Origin: Mobula hypostoma
Lineage: Eukaryota
DNA: 64,000 bases
NCBI RefSeq assembly: GCF_963921235.1
Contig: NC_086108.1
Span: forward strand, 60,576,001 to 60,640,000
Direction: 5' to 3'
Below the pieces are notes generated by a model. That model did not search any database and was not told where the DNA came from. It saw only the letters and a list, made by a program, of their open reading frames with translations. Shown here one piece after another: positions 38,964 to 52,160 of the stretch (position 1 is its first letter; each line of letters opens with the position of its first letter). Made by a program: the position numbers and the translations under genes.

Positions 38964-39849
38964 TGTTATGTACCCCGTAACTGGGTTGCCAAACCAGCAG
39001 AAATGGATCACTCAGTTGGAGTCTGGATTACTGGAACTAAGAAAGTTTTATTTAAGAAACAAGCAACACAGTACTCTAATCAAAAGGATAATAAATGCAA
39101 CAGTTCAGCAATGATAAACACACATGTACACAGAATTAGGATAACAGGATCAATCAAGCTCTATCGTCGTCTAGGGGTAACTGACCAGTTTCAAAGTGAC
39201 GCAAAGTTCAGTTCAATTGAGTTCAGTTCAGTTCACAGTAATCACTGCCGTGGCGATGGACAGTGGGGGGAAGGAGAAAGAGAGTAAAAACAAATGAATA
39301 TTCAAACGGCTTCCACACAGACCTTTGATATTCTTCGCAGTCAGCTTTCGGGCGAGCCCTTTGTGATGTCTTCTGAGGTCACCGACTGTGACCCCTCCGT
39401 TTCCAGATATGATCGTTTCTCTGCGGTGAACCCAGCACCCAGGCAAGGGCGGACACACACCAGGTTCCCGCTGATCGTACCTTTCCACCCTGTGCATCTA
39501 TGGCTTGGTCCCACAACCAGCCCTCCAAAACTCCCACTGACTTGTGGGAGGCGCACCGCTTCCAGGGTCTCGTTACCTCGTGGTGTCGTGTGTGTCTTGC
39601 CTTAGTGAACCTGTCCCTTTTTATCCCCCTGCTGGGGTATCACCTGTCCATCACTTCAAACAGTTCAGGGTTCAAAGGGGAGCCGATCTTGACAGCTCTC
39701 CTTCCGTCCCTTCATTAACATCTCCAAATGCTGCTCCATTGTTTTCCTTATCTCTCTTTCTCCTGAAGACAGGTGGCAGACCAACTGCTGATCCCACTGG
39801 TGCCAGCACAGGAAAGTTAACATCTTAATCTATGTGTACTCTCGTCACA
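38964..39849 (-). repeat. 3' LTR (886 bp)
   Basis: Direct repeat of 42554-43437; adjacent to polypurine tract aaggtgagggg on the - strand. Confidence 0.95.
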
Positions 39850-41869
39850 CCCCTCACCTTTAAGGATTTTTACCGGGGTAAAAATTACAAACATGAATAC
39901 ATTATTTGATACACACAAATATACATCTTCATCAGCTATTTGGCTAATACAGCGAATTTGAAGTTGTCAATACCTGACAGACAGTCAGCCATCACATTTT
40001 CTGTTCCTTTTATATGTGTTATTAATAATCCCTTAAACCAGGCTCCAACTTAGCAAACTTCATAGTGGGGCCGAAAACACTGATGAATTGCGATCAATGT
40101 AACCTCGCATTGGGTTTCGTCCCGGACCACAATAACAAGGGTCGTCCCATTCTGACTTAGTTTTCTCTCGCAAGGGCTTAGTAGGAGGGGGAGGGGTAGT
40201 AACCACAGAGTTATTGCAAAACTTCCACAGTACCCCACCATCTCCAAGAGCCTTCTGAGGGCCCTCTTGTCTGTCGGGGTTGGGATGTCAGAGGTAGCCC
40301 GCACTGTAGCTTGCATCGCTGCCAGCTGCCCCTGTGTTACCACAATTCCCAGATAAGTGACCTTCGTGTGGCCGAACTCATTTTTTTCAAGGTTCACTAT
40401 CAAGCTGGCTTCAGACAGCCGTATTACGTCGCCAATACACACTTCTGTGTTCGTTAGCCTTTTCGTCACTGAATTACTCATTCTATAGGGGTGTTGTTCA
40501 CTAGGCTGGCCTAGCGTGACAAACACCACCCAACGTCCCAGTTCTTTGCATTGCCTCGGGACAATCAAACACACGTGTGCGAGCCGTTTAATTACTTCTC
40601 CTAAAGAGTCGCTTTGTTCGGGGATTAAGGGAGAGACATCAGCAGAGCTGGCCAAAACAATAGCCTTCTCCCATCTGGTCGATACCATACTCATCTTTTC
40701 AAAATGGTTCTTTTTTCTTATCAGGGGTCCCTAGCTTCATTGATTTCCACGCTAACACCGACTAGGTTCATTAGCATATCAAAAGCCTGTGACCGTCTCA
40801 GTTCGCGTCTGCTATAATCAATAACATCCTTCCTCCTGTGCAGCCGGTAAACCTCTTTCATGATTCCACCAACTGTTTCCTCCAGCACCTCAAAATGTCC
40901 ACCGAGGGGTACCTTGTGGGCCAGGTTAAAAATCTCATTCCCATAACTCTTTTGCACCACCCCCCATTCCTCATCTGTGGGTACGGTACTTGGTCTCCCT
41001 TTTTTCCTTAGCACTTCCTCCTCCACACAATAGCCTACTGGCTCCCTTCTTAATTCTGCGTCAGAGAGAGCTGTCTCCGCCAAAACCATCAGCCCCTTGT
41101 CTCACTCCTGCGCCTGCACAAATTCCTTCCTGGCTAATGCTAAGTCTGTCTCAGCTCCCTCACTACACTCCTTCTTTTCACTTTCTACCTCCTCCTGGTA
41201 CGTCTCAGCTAAATTTACTTCCACAGTCCCGGGATGAACCTGTGAGTCCATGGGCGGGGCCTCAATGCTGGCAGGTTGACCTGTCAATCTCACGGCTGGG
41301 AACACGATTCCCCCGGCGAGGTCATTACCGAGCAAGACTTCCACGCCTTTCATCGGTAATTCGGGCCTCACCCCGATCGTGACTAGTCCAGAGACCAAGT
41401 TGCCTTGTAGGTGTATCTGGTGCAAAGGGACTGCCTCTGTCCCTTCCCCAATACCTTGTCATAATCCCCCTCTACCCCCTTCGAGGTACACCAACGCTCA
41501 CAATATGTCTGCATCTCACGGGAAAACTCTAAATACGTGCGGTCCCACTGCTTCCTCGCATTCCGGAACCTCTGCCGGTATGCCTCCGGGACCAACTCAT
41601 AAATCCTGAGGATGGCCTCTTTCACCACCTCATACTTCTGGGCATCTTCCGTGGACAAAGCGGAGTAAGCTTGTTGGGCCTTCCCTTTCAGTACACTCTG
41701 AAGCAAAACAGCCCACTTATCCCTCGGCCAGTCCTGACTTGTAGCAACTTTTTCGAAATGGAGAAAGTACCGATCCACATCGGTATCGTCAAATGGGGGA
41801 ACCAGCCTAACCTCCTGGGTCGCCCTGAACCCTCCACCTTGGTTCGGCACGAGCCCCTGCTCTGCCCTT

Positions 41870-42180
41870 ATCTTTAACTTCTCCAGCTCGAATTCCCTTT
41901 CCCTCTGTTTCTCCAACTACTGCAACCTTCTCTCTCTCTCTTTCTCTGCTCTCTCCAACTCTCTCTCTCTTTTTCTCTTCTCTTTCCAACTGTCTCTCTC
42001 TCTCTCTTGCCTTTCTACCTCTCTCTCCTCTTCTCGCTCCAACTGTCTCTCTCTCTCTCTCTCCTGCCTTTCTAACTGTTTCTCTTTCTCCTGCCTTTCT
42101 AACTCTCTCTCTCTCCTGCCTTTCTAACTGTTTCTCTTTCTCCTGCCTTTCTAACTGCTTCTCTTCGTGTTCTAACTGCC
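41870..42180. repeat. CT-rich low-complexity tract encoding an E/R/K coiled-coil segment of gag
   Basis: Repeated ctttctaactgtttctc units; EKQLERQE repeats on the - strand. Confidence 0.85.
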
Positions 42181-42530
42181 GTACCCGGAACTCGTGCTTG
42201 AGCCTCAGTTTTTCAAGCAGCACCTGTACCGCGTCTCCAGCAGGTTTTTCAATAGACACCACCTCCAGCTCCCCTTGGGGAAACACACCTTTAGATACAT
42301 AGTGCTCTACGATAGCTCTGTGTATCTCCTCTCTCCTCATTGTCGACTTCCCCTTAACAAGATTCAACCGTTTGGCCACAGCTGCCAATTCCGCTTTCCT
42401 GGCATCCTCTAATGCCTCCAAGGTCGGCGCCTTTAGAAATTCCTCAATCTCCATTACTGCTGTTTGTCTTTTCTTTCTTTCGGGAATTTTAACCCAATCA
42501 ATTTACTCCGTCCCAAATTTAGCGTTCAAA

Positions 42531-42549
42531 ATCGCGGACGAGAACCCCA
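42531..42549 (-). promoter_or_regulatory. Primer-binding site, tRNA-Pro type
   Basis: - strand tggggttctcgtccgcgat, close to the tRNA-Pro PBS TGGGGGCTCGTCCGGGAT, 4 nt from the 5' LTR. Confidence 0.8.
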
Positions 42550-42553
42550 CTTA

Positions 42554-43437
42554 TGTTACGTACCCCGTAACTGGGTTGCCAAACCAGCAGAAATGGATCA
42601 CTCAGTTGGAGTCTGGATTACTGGAACTAAGAAAGTTTTATTTAAGAAACAAGCAACACAGTACTCTAATCAAAACGATAATAAATGCAACAGTTCAGCA
42701 ATGATAAACACGCATGTACACAGAATTAGGATAACAGGATCAATCAAGCTCTATCGTCGTCTAGTGGTAACTGACCAGTTTCAAAGTGACGCAAAGTTCA
42801 GTTCAATTGAGTTCAGTTCAGTTCACAGTAATCACTGCCGTGGTGATGGACAGTGGAGGGAAGGAGAAAGAGAGCAAAAACGAATGAATATTCAAACGGC
42901 TTCCACACAGACCTTTGATATTCTTCGCAGTTAGCTTTCGGGCGAGCCCTTTGTGATGTCTTCTGAGGTCACCGACTGTGACCCCTCCGTTTCCAGATAC
43001 GATCGTTTCTCTGCGGTGAACCCAGCACCCAGGCGAGGGCGGACACACACCAGGTTCCCGCCGATCGTACCTTTCCACCCTGTGCGTCTATGGCTTGGTC
43101 CCACAACCAGCCCTCCAAAACTCCCACCGACTTGTGGGAGGCGCACCGCTTCCAGGGTTTTGTTACCTCGTGGTGTCGTGTGTGTCTTGCCTTAGCGAAC
43201 CTGTCCCTTTTTATCCCCCTGCTGGGGTATCGCCTGTCCATCACTTCAAACAGTTCAGGGTTCAAAGGGGAGCCGACCTTGACAGCTCTCCTCCGTCCCT
43301 TCATTAACATCTCCAAATGCTGCTCCATTGTTTCCTTATCTCTCTTTCTCCTGAAGACAGGTGGCAGACCAACTGCTGATCCCACTGGTGCCAGCACAGG
43401 ACAGTTAACATCTTAATCTATGTGTACTCTCGTCACA
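42554..43437 (-). repeat. 5' LTR (884 bp)
   Basis: Direct repeat of 38964-39849, followed on the - strand by the PBS and gag. Confidence 0.95.
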
Positions 43438-43790
43438 CATGGAACTCAATTTGCTGAGATTTCCAAGAAATTATGCTGGAGAACTGACTGACCTGGGTGT
43501 GAGCCCATTGATTTCCATGAGTGGGAGAGGGCTATGAAGAAAGGGAAGATAAATTGCGTTAAAAATCCAGTTCGGCCTGATGTTTTTAATTATTTATATT
43601 CACAACAATTTTAGATTTATAAAACTTTACGGTTAAGAGATTTTTTGCTTAATTTTCAATTTGAGTGGGATATGTCAGGCATTTTTAAATACTCATTGCT
43701 TTATTCACTGACAAAATTGGAGCCAGGTGTTGCCCACTGTTAAAGCCACTGGGAGTTTTTGGGCTGATGGACTTACCTAGTGTACAATTG

Positions 43791-44573
43791 CAGGGGCCCA
43801 ACCTGTTTTGCACCACGGTCCGTTTAATATTGACAATATTCTTGCGGACCAGCCGACCAGGGGTGGGGGGGTGATGTTCAAGTAGGGTTAAACTCACCTC
43901 AACATGTCTTTTACAGTTAGGGTTGCCAACTTTCTCACTCCCAAATGAGGGGCAAAAGTAGCAGTCAAATCCCGGGACACCTTACCCCAAGAAAGACTAC
44001 CATGACCTTGAAGCCTTGCGGGGCATCTGTGTGCGCATGTGATGTGAGCATGTGCAGACGTGCCGATTTTTTCCCCACAAATTGGTTTTGCCTTCATCTT
44101 CCCGACTATACTGTACATACATTATTTCTACTTTATATAGGCTGTATATTTATCATATCATTCCTGCTTTTACTATATGTTAGTGTTATTTATTTTCGGT
44201 TTTATGTGTTATTTGGTATGATTGGTTAGGTTATTTTTTGGGTCTGGGAACGCTCAAAAATTTTTCCCATATAAATTAATGGTAAATGCTTCTTCGCTTC
44301 ACGCCATTTCGGCACGAAAGGTTTCGTAGGAATGCTCTACCTTAGCGGGGGAAATACGGGACAAGGACGGTCCCATATGGGAGAAACCAATTTAGCCCAA
44401 TATACGGGATGTCCCAGCAAACACAGGCCAGTTGGCAACCCTATGTTCAAGTTCAACAGTGCGTGACAGGGAATGAGGGAAGGTGCAGCTGACTCATATC
44501 GTTTCCTCACGGCCCGGTAGCACATGCTCCGTGGCCTGGTACCGGTCTGTGGCTTGGTGGTTGGGGACTGCTG
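43791..44573. mobile_element. hAT (Charlie-type) MITE
   Basis: Termini caggggcccaacc / ggttggggactgctg; 8-bp TSD tacaattg / tactattg (one mismatch). Confidence 0.82.
43883..44443. mobile_element. Second hAT-type element nested in the MITE
   Basis: Ends tagggtt / aacccta, perfect 8-bp TSD tgttcaag (43875-43882, 44444-44451). Confidence 0.8.
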
Positions 44574-44948
44574 TACTATTGGAACCTCTGTCATTGACCA
44601 GACTAAATTGAAGGAACCCAAGATGCTTCAGGCCTGCAGATTAGATTTTCTGCATGTGATGAAAGTAAATTCATGTGTTGCATGACCAGGATCAGTAATT
44701 CCAGGGGCTGGCCCAACCAAATTCTCATCAAATTTCAAACTGTGCATATTTGTACTAACATTCTTCATTTGACAACTTTATCTCAGTTTAACGAATTGGT
44801 AAAAGCTTTGAATCTTCTATCCCCTGATTTCACTTGTTATGGTAACTGTTCATTGGGATTTACTTCAACTATAATTGGAACATACTTTATGTTGCAACCA
44901 CCTACTAACGCTAAGTATCTTTATTTTGGTTTTTTTTGCTCTTAAAAG

Positions 44949-44991
44949 GAACATGTTCCCATCTAATCTCATACAAGCTACATTTCAACAG
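44949..44991 (+). CDS. SLC1A7: EAAT5-like coding exon 4
   Basis: Polypyrimidine tract then aag|, (R)NMFPSNLIQATFQQ, donor CAG|GTGAGT; 43 nt. Confidence 0.93.
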
Positions 44992-46283
44992 GTGAGTCAT
45001 TCTGCTATGCAGTTTTCGTTTGTGAAATATTAGAAAAGACTAGAATGATAATAATTCAAAATGTCAAAGAACAACTCTATAACTGAATGGAATATGAAAG
45101 GAAATGATAGTAGATGCTAAAGCATAGATTTGTTAATGGAAGGAAAGTTGAGATGAAGCACTTCAAAAGGTTTCCAGATGAGGCTGCTGTTAGAATGCAG
45201 GAAATATGGCAGTCAGTTTGTGCATTGCACTCCTCCAGAAGCTGACCTAATCAGGTTATCTGGCTTTAGGGATTTTCTTTGATGAATAACTCTCGGTCTT
45301 TGGTCTTCTGTAAAATAGTGCCATAAGATCACTTACTTCCAAGTGAAAGAGTAAATGGGGGAGGACAACGCGAAGCAACACCGTCATTTAAAAGATACCA
45401 TTTTGTAAGAGGGCAGCACAGGAAAGAGAAACCAGGGGGTTTGATTTTATGAAATACATTGAATACAAAAATAAAGAAGTAATATCAGCCTTTGCAAATT
45501 ACAGGCTGAGTCTCAGTTGGTATATTATGTACAATCTGGGCATCATAACTGGGATTTGCAACAACATTTGGATGAAATTAGAGATGCATTGTATCAGATA
45601 ATGCCCAGGAGTGAGAGAATTATCTTCAAAACAGTGGAGGTTATCAAATGATTTCAAAATTATGGGGTGTTTTGATTGAATGGACATAGAGAAACTATGC
45701 CCTCTAAGCAATGCATTGGTAGTTAGATTATAAACCCATCTGTTCCCTCCGAAATTACCAAATGAACTAGAAGGGAAATAAGAAATGTGTTTCACATAGA
45801 GAATTGTTAAGATTGGAAATGCATTGCCTGGTAGTAGGTAGGACCAGGCAGGGTGGACCTCTTTATTTAATTACTTAATATCGGCAAAACAGAGTAAGAG
45901 AAAGTGAAAAAAACTAAGTGCAATTCTAATCAAGAATAATAAAAAAAAGTCAAGTTAAATGTCAACCAACAGTAATGATCACCCCTAAACTGTCATTGTC
46001 TATTAAAGAGTTTACAATGGTTCAGGAGATTCTAATACAGTCATAAAAGATTCCCCTATATTCGAGGTTCTAGATCTCAGCTGCTTTGCGATGTTGTACC
46101 CAAAGTGAATTCGCATGTTAAGGACAAAATGGAAAAAAAAAGTAAATTTGGCTCATTTGAATAAAGTTTCATTTTAAATTGTTGTTCATACTGGAGTCGT
46201 TGGACATAAATAAGTGGTTTTACATGTGGATTTGATTTTAGAGAATTACTCTTGGAGAGAACTGAAATCTTCTTATTTCACAG

Positions 46284-46509
46284 TATCGAACCAAGATCAT
46301 CCCAATAGTCATCTCAGTCAAAGTGCCAGGATATGAGGCTGCCAAGAGAATGCCTTTAATCTATGGAATTCAGAGTGATAATGATTCTGAGATAATTCAC
46401 AACATTTCCTTGGATATCACCCCAGCTCCAGAGATAATCTACCAAACAGGGCCCGGATCAAGTGAGGGGATGAATGTTCTTGGCATTGTTATATTTTCAG
46501 CAACAATGG
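46284..46509 (+). CDS. SLC1A7: EAAT5-like coding exon 5 (large extracellular loop)
   Basis: Acceptor tttcacag|, YRTKIIPIV...LIYGIQSDNDSEIIHNISLDITPAPEIIYQTGPGSSEGMNVLGIVIFSATM, donor G|GTAAGC; 226 nt; two N-glycosylation sequons (NDS, NIS). Confidence 0.95.
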
Positions 46510-46789
46510 GTAAGCTTGCTGAATACTGTTTTTTCTATTAAATGTGTCAAACAAAACTATTTAGAGTCATAGACAACTACAGCACAGAAACAAGCCCTTT
46601 GGCCCATCTAGTCCATGCTGAAACCATTTAAACTGCCTACGCCCAACGAGCTGCACCTGGAGGGTTAAATTTTTATCTTTAAATTTTGATACTATTTCAT
46701 CATTGAAATAAAACACCCACAATGTAAAGTCTCTTCTTATCTGTATAAGAAAAATAACAACATATGACTCACAGATACTCTACTGCTCA

Positions 46790-48293
46790 TTGAAGACCTT
46801 CACCAATTGCCTACACCCTTTATTGTCAAGGAGAAGTAGGTGAGGAAGCTGTTCAAGAAACAAAATACCAAGACAGCTGCTGGCCCTGACTTTGCCTCCC
46901 CTGTTATTCTTAAACACTGCACTATCCAGCTGTTTACAGAATTCACAGACATTTTCAATCAATCTCTCAAACTACGCACCGTTCCAGAAGATTTCAAGAA
47001 ATCAGTTCTTATTCCATTCCCCAAAACATCTCTAGACTCAATGACTACAGGCCAGTTGCTCTCACATTAATCATAATGAAGAATTTTGAAAGGCTGGTCA
47101 TGTCATTCCTCAAATCCATAACTCAAAGATGTCTAGATCCACAGCAGTTCATCTACAGAGCCAATAGTCCTGTAGATGATACAGTTAGCATTGGTCTTGG
47201 CTTCATACTATAGCATCTTGACTCCCCGATACATAGGTCAGAATTCTCTTTCAGTCCACCCTTCAGTACCATCATCCCTGAGCTTCCGCAAGAGAAATTC
47301 TCCAAGCTTAAGATACCGGTACCATTTGCAGGTGGATCACAAACCTCCTTTCTGATAGGAGGCAGTATGCAAGCTCACCTCCACATTCCGCTTACTCAGC
47401 ATTTGTGCACCATAGGGGTGTGTTCTATCCCCTCTCCTATTTGCTCTCTGTACCAATGACTGTGTTTTCAGTGATCCATCAGTTAAACAGATAAAGTCTG
47501 CAGCTGACATCACTGCCATTGGACTAATTGCTGGAGGTGACAAATCCAAGTACCATCGAAAGATAAGCAAGCTTGTGTCTAGGTGCAATCACAACAACTT
47601 GGAACTGAAAGGTCTCAATACCGTAAAGATGCATATCACCTTCAGGAGAAGTATGTCTCCCCTTCAAAAGCCCACTCATCACCAACAAGTCTACAGTTCA
47701 CACCATTGTAACATTCAGGTTCCTGGACATCATGTGGGAGAACCATACCTCCTTCATTAACAGAAAAGCTCAGGAGAGGGTGCACTTCTTGCAGCAGGTG
47801 GTACATTTCCATCTTCCCAAGAACATTCTGGTGCAATTCTGCACTGCCATCATTGAGAGCATCCTCACATCAGCCAGTGGCCGCAGTTTACCCTCACTGC
47901 AGGACTTGGATGTGCCCAGGACAAAGAAGTAGACAGGAAAAGTCATTGCAGACACTACGCACCCAGCAAGCCGCCATTCCAAAGCCCCCTTCTGGAAAGT
48001 GCTTTAGGGCTACTAAAGGAAAAACTTTATGCCGTCCTTTTCCTTCAGCCATTTAACCTGATCAACCATTCCAGTAGCCGTCACTGCACTGCACTGTAGA
48101 CATTTTCAACTACTTCTCATAATGTTGTTCACGTTGTAAGTACATGCTGGTATTTATGTATTTTTGCATAGTTTATTCTGTATCTTTTCTTTTACCTCCA
48201 ACTTCATTTTTTATTCATTACAAATGTTGAATGTTGTTTTCTGTTGCATGTCTTATGCTGATCAACACACCACAGCATATTCTTAATACTTGT
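46790..48293 (+). mobile_element. Degenerate Rex1/Babar-type LINE
   Basis: LNDYRPVALT, GCVLSPLLF, KAQERVHFL...IIESILTS; its tail resumes at 51499-51543. Confidence 0.85.
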
Positions 48294-51200
48294 TTACACC
48301 ATACACTGGGGTGCTCTCTTCTGTTACCTGATGAGTTAACCGTAACCTTTGACCAGGCGCAAACATTGTCAGGTGGTGCCCAGCCTCCATAAAGTGTTTC
48401 AACCCTTAACCACTGCACTCCCCAGTTGGTGGGTCAGCAGTGGTGGCCAAGTCACTGTCCATCTGCTCCTGACTTCCAGCTCAACTCCTCTCGCCTGCTC
48501 CACTTCCAGCAGGAGGCTCTTTCTGCTTCGTCCCCCATCCTGGGAGCTACTTGGCTCTTGCTCTTTTCATCAAGACCCAGCGTAGACAGCAAATCTCCAT
48601 GCTGGCCTTGCCGGGATCCCTCTACAGCCAATCACTATGGGGAATAGCCACGTCTGACATCCTTTGTCCTTGCACTCCGGGACTAAGGACTGGTACTTCA
48701 GGGACCTCCTCTCCTGAGCCTCCTCACATCATTCCTCCTGTGGTACTGTGAGCTCCACCAGGATGATTTTCTTCTCTTCGGTGGACCACAGTATGATGTC
48801 TGGTCAAAGTGTGGTTTGTACCACCTCTGGGAACCGCAGCTTCCTCCCCACATTGACCCTCATCTCCCATGATTTGGCAGTTTACAGCAGATTGGATTTA
48901 GGCCTCTTTGATACGACTGGCGAGGCCTTCTCCTTGATGAAAATGACTGCCCTGTTTGTCTCTGCCAGTTGGTCTCTTTTTACTCCTTTCCTACTTCAGT
49001 GTGTCAGCAAGGGACAGCAGGACCTTGTCGTGGCGCCACCTATACCGTCCTTGTGTTAAATCTGTTTTGCATCCCGACAGTATGTGTGCCAGTGAACCAC
49101 AAAGCTTGCAGATTGGGTCTTCTCTCAGCCCCATGTGTGCAGCTGTGATGGTATAAGGAGAGTGTCATACCTGGACCATAGGAAGAAAGAAATGTGGAAG
49201 GGCTCCAGCCTCCAAAGTTCTGCCCAAGTAATCTTGTTCTTGGGAAGATCCCATTTCATCCAGGCGCCCTGTGACCCCAATTCCACTGGCTTCAATACTC
49301 ACCTTTCATCCTTGCAGTTCTGTACCTCTGCCTGGATCATGTCACGCCTATCTCTTACACTTGCACTCCCCCATCATTGGAAATGTGCAGAGCCGAGGCC
49401 TTGCCGTTGCCGGTGATGTCTCTCAACTGCAGGGAGCTCACTGCCTGATCTATCGCCGAGTTAGCAGCCCGCTTTCAAGTTGTGACTCCTGCTTGGTTTA
49501 TTAGCTTGTCATCGGAGCCCCTCGGTGTTAACACAACTGTACACTTTGCCAACTTGAACTCCTCCACTATCGATGACAACAGGACCTGTAGTTGGTGTGA
49601 TCTTATGTACAGCCCCACTGAAGAAAAACATGGGGGGGATCCCCAGTCACCTCCGCAGGTGCTTGTTGACTTTCCTCTTGATGCCTTCTACAGTGGTCGT
49701 GGGGAACGCGTGCACTATGAAACGCCAGAGCAGCCTTAGTAGAAGACCATGTTGGTTACAGCCATGTCTTAAATTTACCAGGGAGTCCGGTTTTGTTCAT
49801 CTTCTGTGGTTACTGTGTTGTCATCCATGAACCCCCATATTGCAGGTTGTCGGATGCCGGGCTCCAACACAGGACCTCGGGTTACGTTTGCCGATGCTGA
49901 TAAGAGGAGGTTCATACCCATGACAAACAGGATGGGAGAGATGGTACAGCCGGTTGGAATCCCTTTTTGGAGGTCTTGTCACCTGGTTGTAAAGTGGACT
50001 GAAGTGAAGTGTAGCTTGAATCTTCATAGATAGCTGGTGATCATGTCTCGTGTTACTGGCGGGATATGGTAGTGGTCCAGGCCAACCTGGATGAGGACAT
50101 GTGGAATTGATCCATTGCCATTGGATTGGTCTAACCAGGTGACTGTTAGGTTGCTTTTTTTCTGACTGGCTTCGCGGATCAATTAGCTGGTTATTGAGGT
50201 GTGTTCAAGGCACCCAGAAAAATCTGGTATGCCACCATTCTGGGTGGATGTGTTGATGTAGTGGTTCTCCATTAAGTAAGAGGTCAGACTTCTCGCAAGC
50301 ACTGAGAAGAATATCTTGCACTCCCTGCTAAGGAAGGAGATTATGCTAAACTGCATGATGGTGGAGGAATCTTCTTCCTTGGGAACGAAGCAACCTTCAG
50401 CCATTTTCCAGCTTGGTGGGATAGAGCCTTTGGTCCAAATCTTCCTCATTATCTTCCACAACCTCTGGAGGAGTTTGGGCATTTCTTATATACCTTGTAG
50501 AGTATACCACTTGATCCTGGGGCGGCAGATGACTTTGCTCTCTTGATGATATCCTGGACCTTCTGCCAGGTGGGCTCTGCCACATTCAGCTCAGGTGCTG
50601 GGATTCTTGATTGAGGGACCTTTGGATTGAATTTGTCCCCGATTCCTACAGGGATTGCTGAATGACTCCTGCAGAAATTCTTCCCCTCCAGCTTTGAACT
50701 GATTAGGGTGCCAGATTTTCGCTGTCTGAGAAGAGCCCTGGTGAACCTGAATGGGTTTTTAACAAACTGTGCTCTTCTCTCTTTCTCCCTTCTTCACTTT
50801 GGCAGCTGCTCCACCCTCCTGAGCTTCCGCAGCTGTTCCTGCAGTTTGCTGGTTATATCTTTGACACCTACTTTTTCATCAGGTGGACTGTTTTTGAATT
50901 GTTTGTTCAGGCTCTTTATCTCACTGCTCAGGTGGCGAATCTCCCTTTCCCTCCTGTTTAGCTACTGTGATGATTTAAGATCCCCTTTCTTTTCCTTTGG
51001 GCTGAGTTGTTCTTTAGCAAAGTTGAACACAACAGCTGTGAGGGAGTTGATTTTCCTGTAGACAGGTCCTGCCAATGTAGCTTCCAAGATGCAATCCAGG
51101 TCGTTATCGAACTGCTTCCAAGATACATTGTCTGAGGATCTAGGCCATCTGATCCTCTCTTTCCTTGATGAATAGATTAGGGTGTCAGGGAGGCACTCAC

Positions 51201-51498
51201 TTGGTCTCTCCTTTGGCAATGGGGCAGCTCAGGTGTGGAGAGGTCTTCAGCTGTCTGTGCTGTTTCCTGGCTGGAGTTCTCCATGGTCTCACCAGATGTT
51301 GAGTCCATGTGTTACCTTTGTTCCACAGCTGGATCTGCTTTGCTGTATCCTGAGACTTTTGAGTTTTTGCAGATTTTGCCGCGACACCGCTTTGCAATGA
51401 ATGCTTCCCCAGTCAGTGTTGTTTGCTTGAGCCTTCTCATTATCCAGTCCTGGCCATTGCTGTTATGTCCTTCCTACTGAGTCTCTCATCCTCCCCTC
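48294..51498 (-). mobile_element. HERO-like non-LTR retrotransposon with restriction-like endonuclease (decayed)
   Basis: RT motifs (WKMAEGCFVPKE, GCLEH, GCTISPILF, FMDD), CKLC..HILSGC...RWRHD, and TL*PDIILW...VELTVP endonuclease motif near 48745-48815. Confidence 0.85.
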
Positions 51499-52160
51499 AA
51501 ATATATATCTGGCGAATAAAGTTGATCCTTGATCCATGATCTTATAAGCCTACTTCTTACGTGCCAGAATTTTTTCACAGATTAAAGCAAAGTAAACTAT
51601 CAGCACTGAATGTGTTTAGAATATTAGTGTTAAGATTTTTGGAGGAACTGAATTAATTAACATATGTTAATCTCCATATATTTTGTGCAATTTTTATCTT
51701 TGCATTGCTTTTACTACTAATGGTCAACTTTAGGTCACCAATATTTCAAACAGAGCAAGACTACAAATTAATGTTTGTTTACATGCCTTATTCAGACCAA
51801 TAGGTAACAAATCAAAGAATTCAGTTTCTGCTTTGGTACAAAAGTTGAAAGTAATTTTAGTTTTTATCAATCACAAATGTTCTCACCTCAGGTAAGTAAT
51901 GTTTCCTGTGATAATTTCCTGTAAGATCTGTGTTAGACAGTGAAACTGGACATGAATAGTGTTTTTGATGAAAAGTTATAGATTTGAATCACTCCACTCA
52001 TTATAAAGTATTTCCAGCATTTTCTTGTGATTTGCAATATGTTTTAAGTTCCAACCTCTTTCTATTCATTTAATTTAAAATTATAAATGGTATTTAATTT
52101 ATTTACTTTCTGGAGAAGTAGGTTCAGAACATGAAATCTAATTATATTTTTATTATTGAA

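Larger units (their letters stand above)
38964..43437 (-). mobile_element. Gypsy LTR retrotransposon, Gmr1-like, internally deleted
   Basis: LTRs 38964-39849 and 42554-43437 (TG...CA), 4-bp TSD catg, PBS 42531-42549, PPT 39850-39860, gag and pol remnants. Confidence 0.95.

Noticed and set aside
38892..39828. ORFs repeated at 42464-43416, suggesting a duplicated gene
   Set aside because: They lie within the two LTRs and have no recognisable domain.
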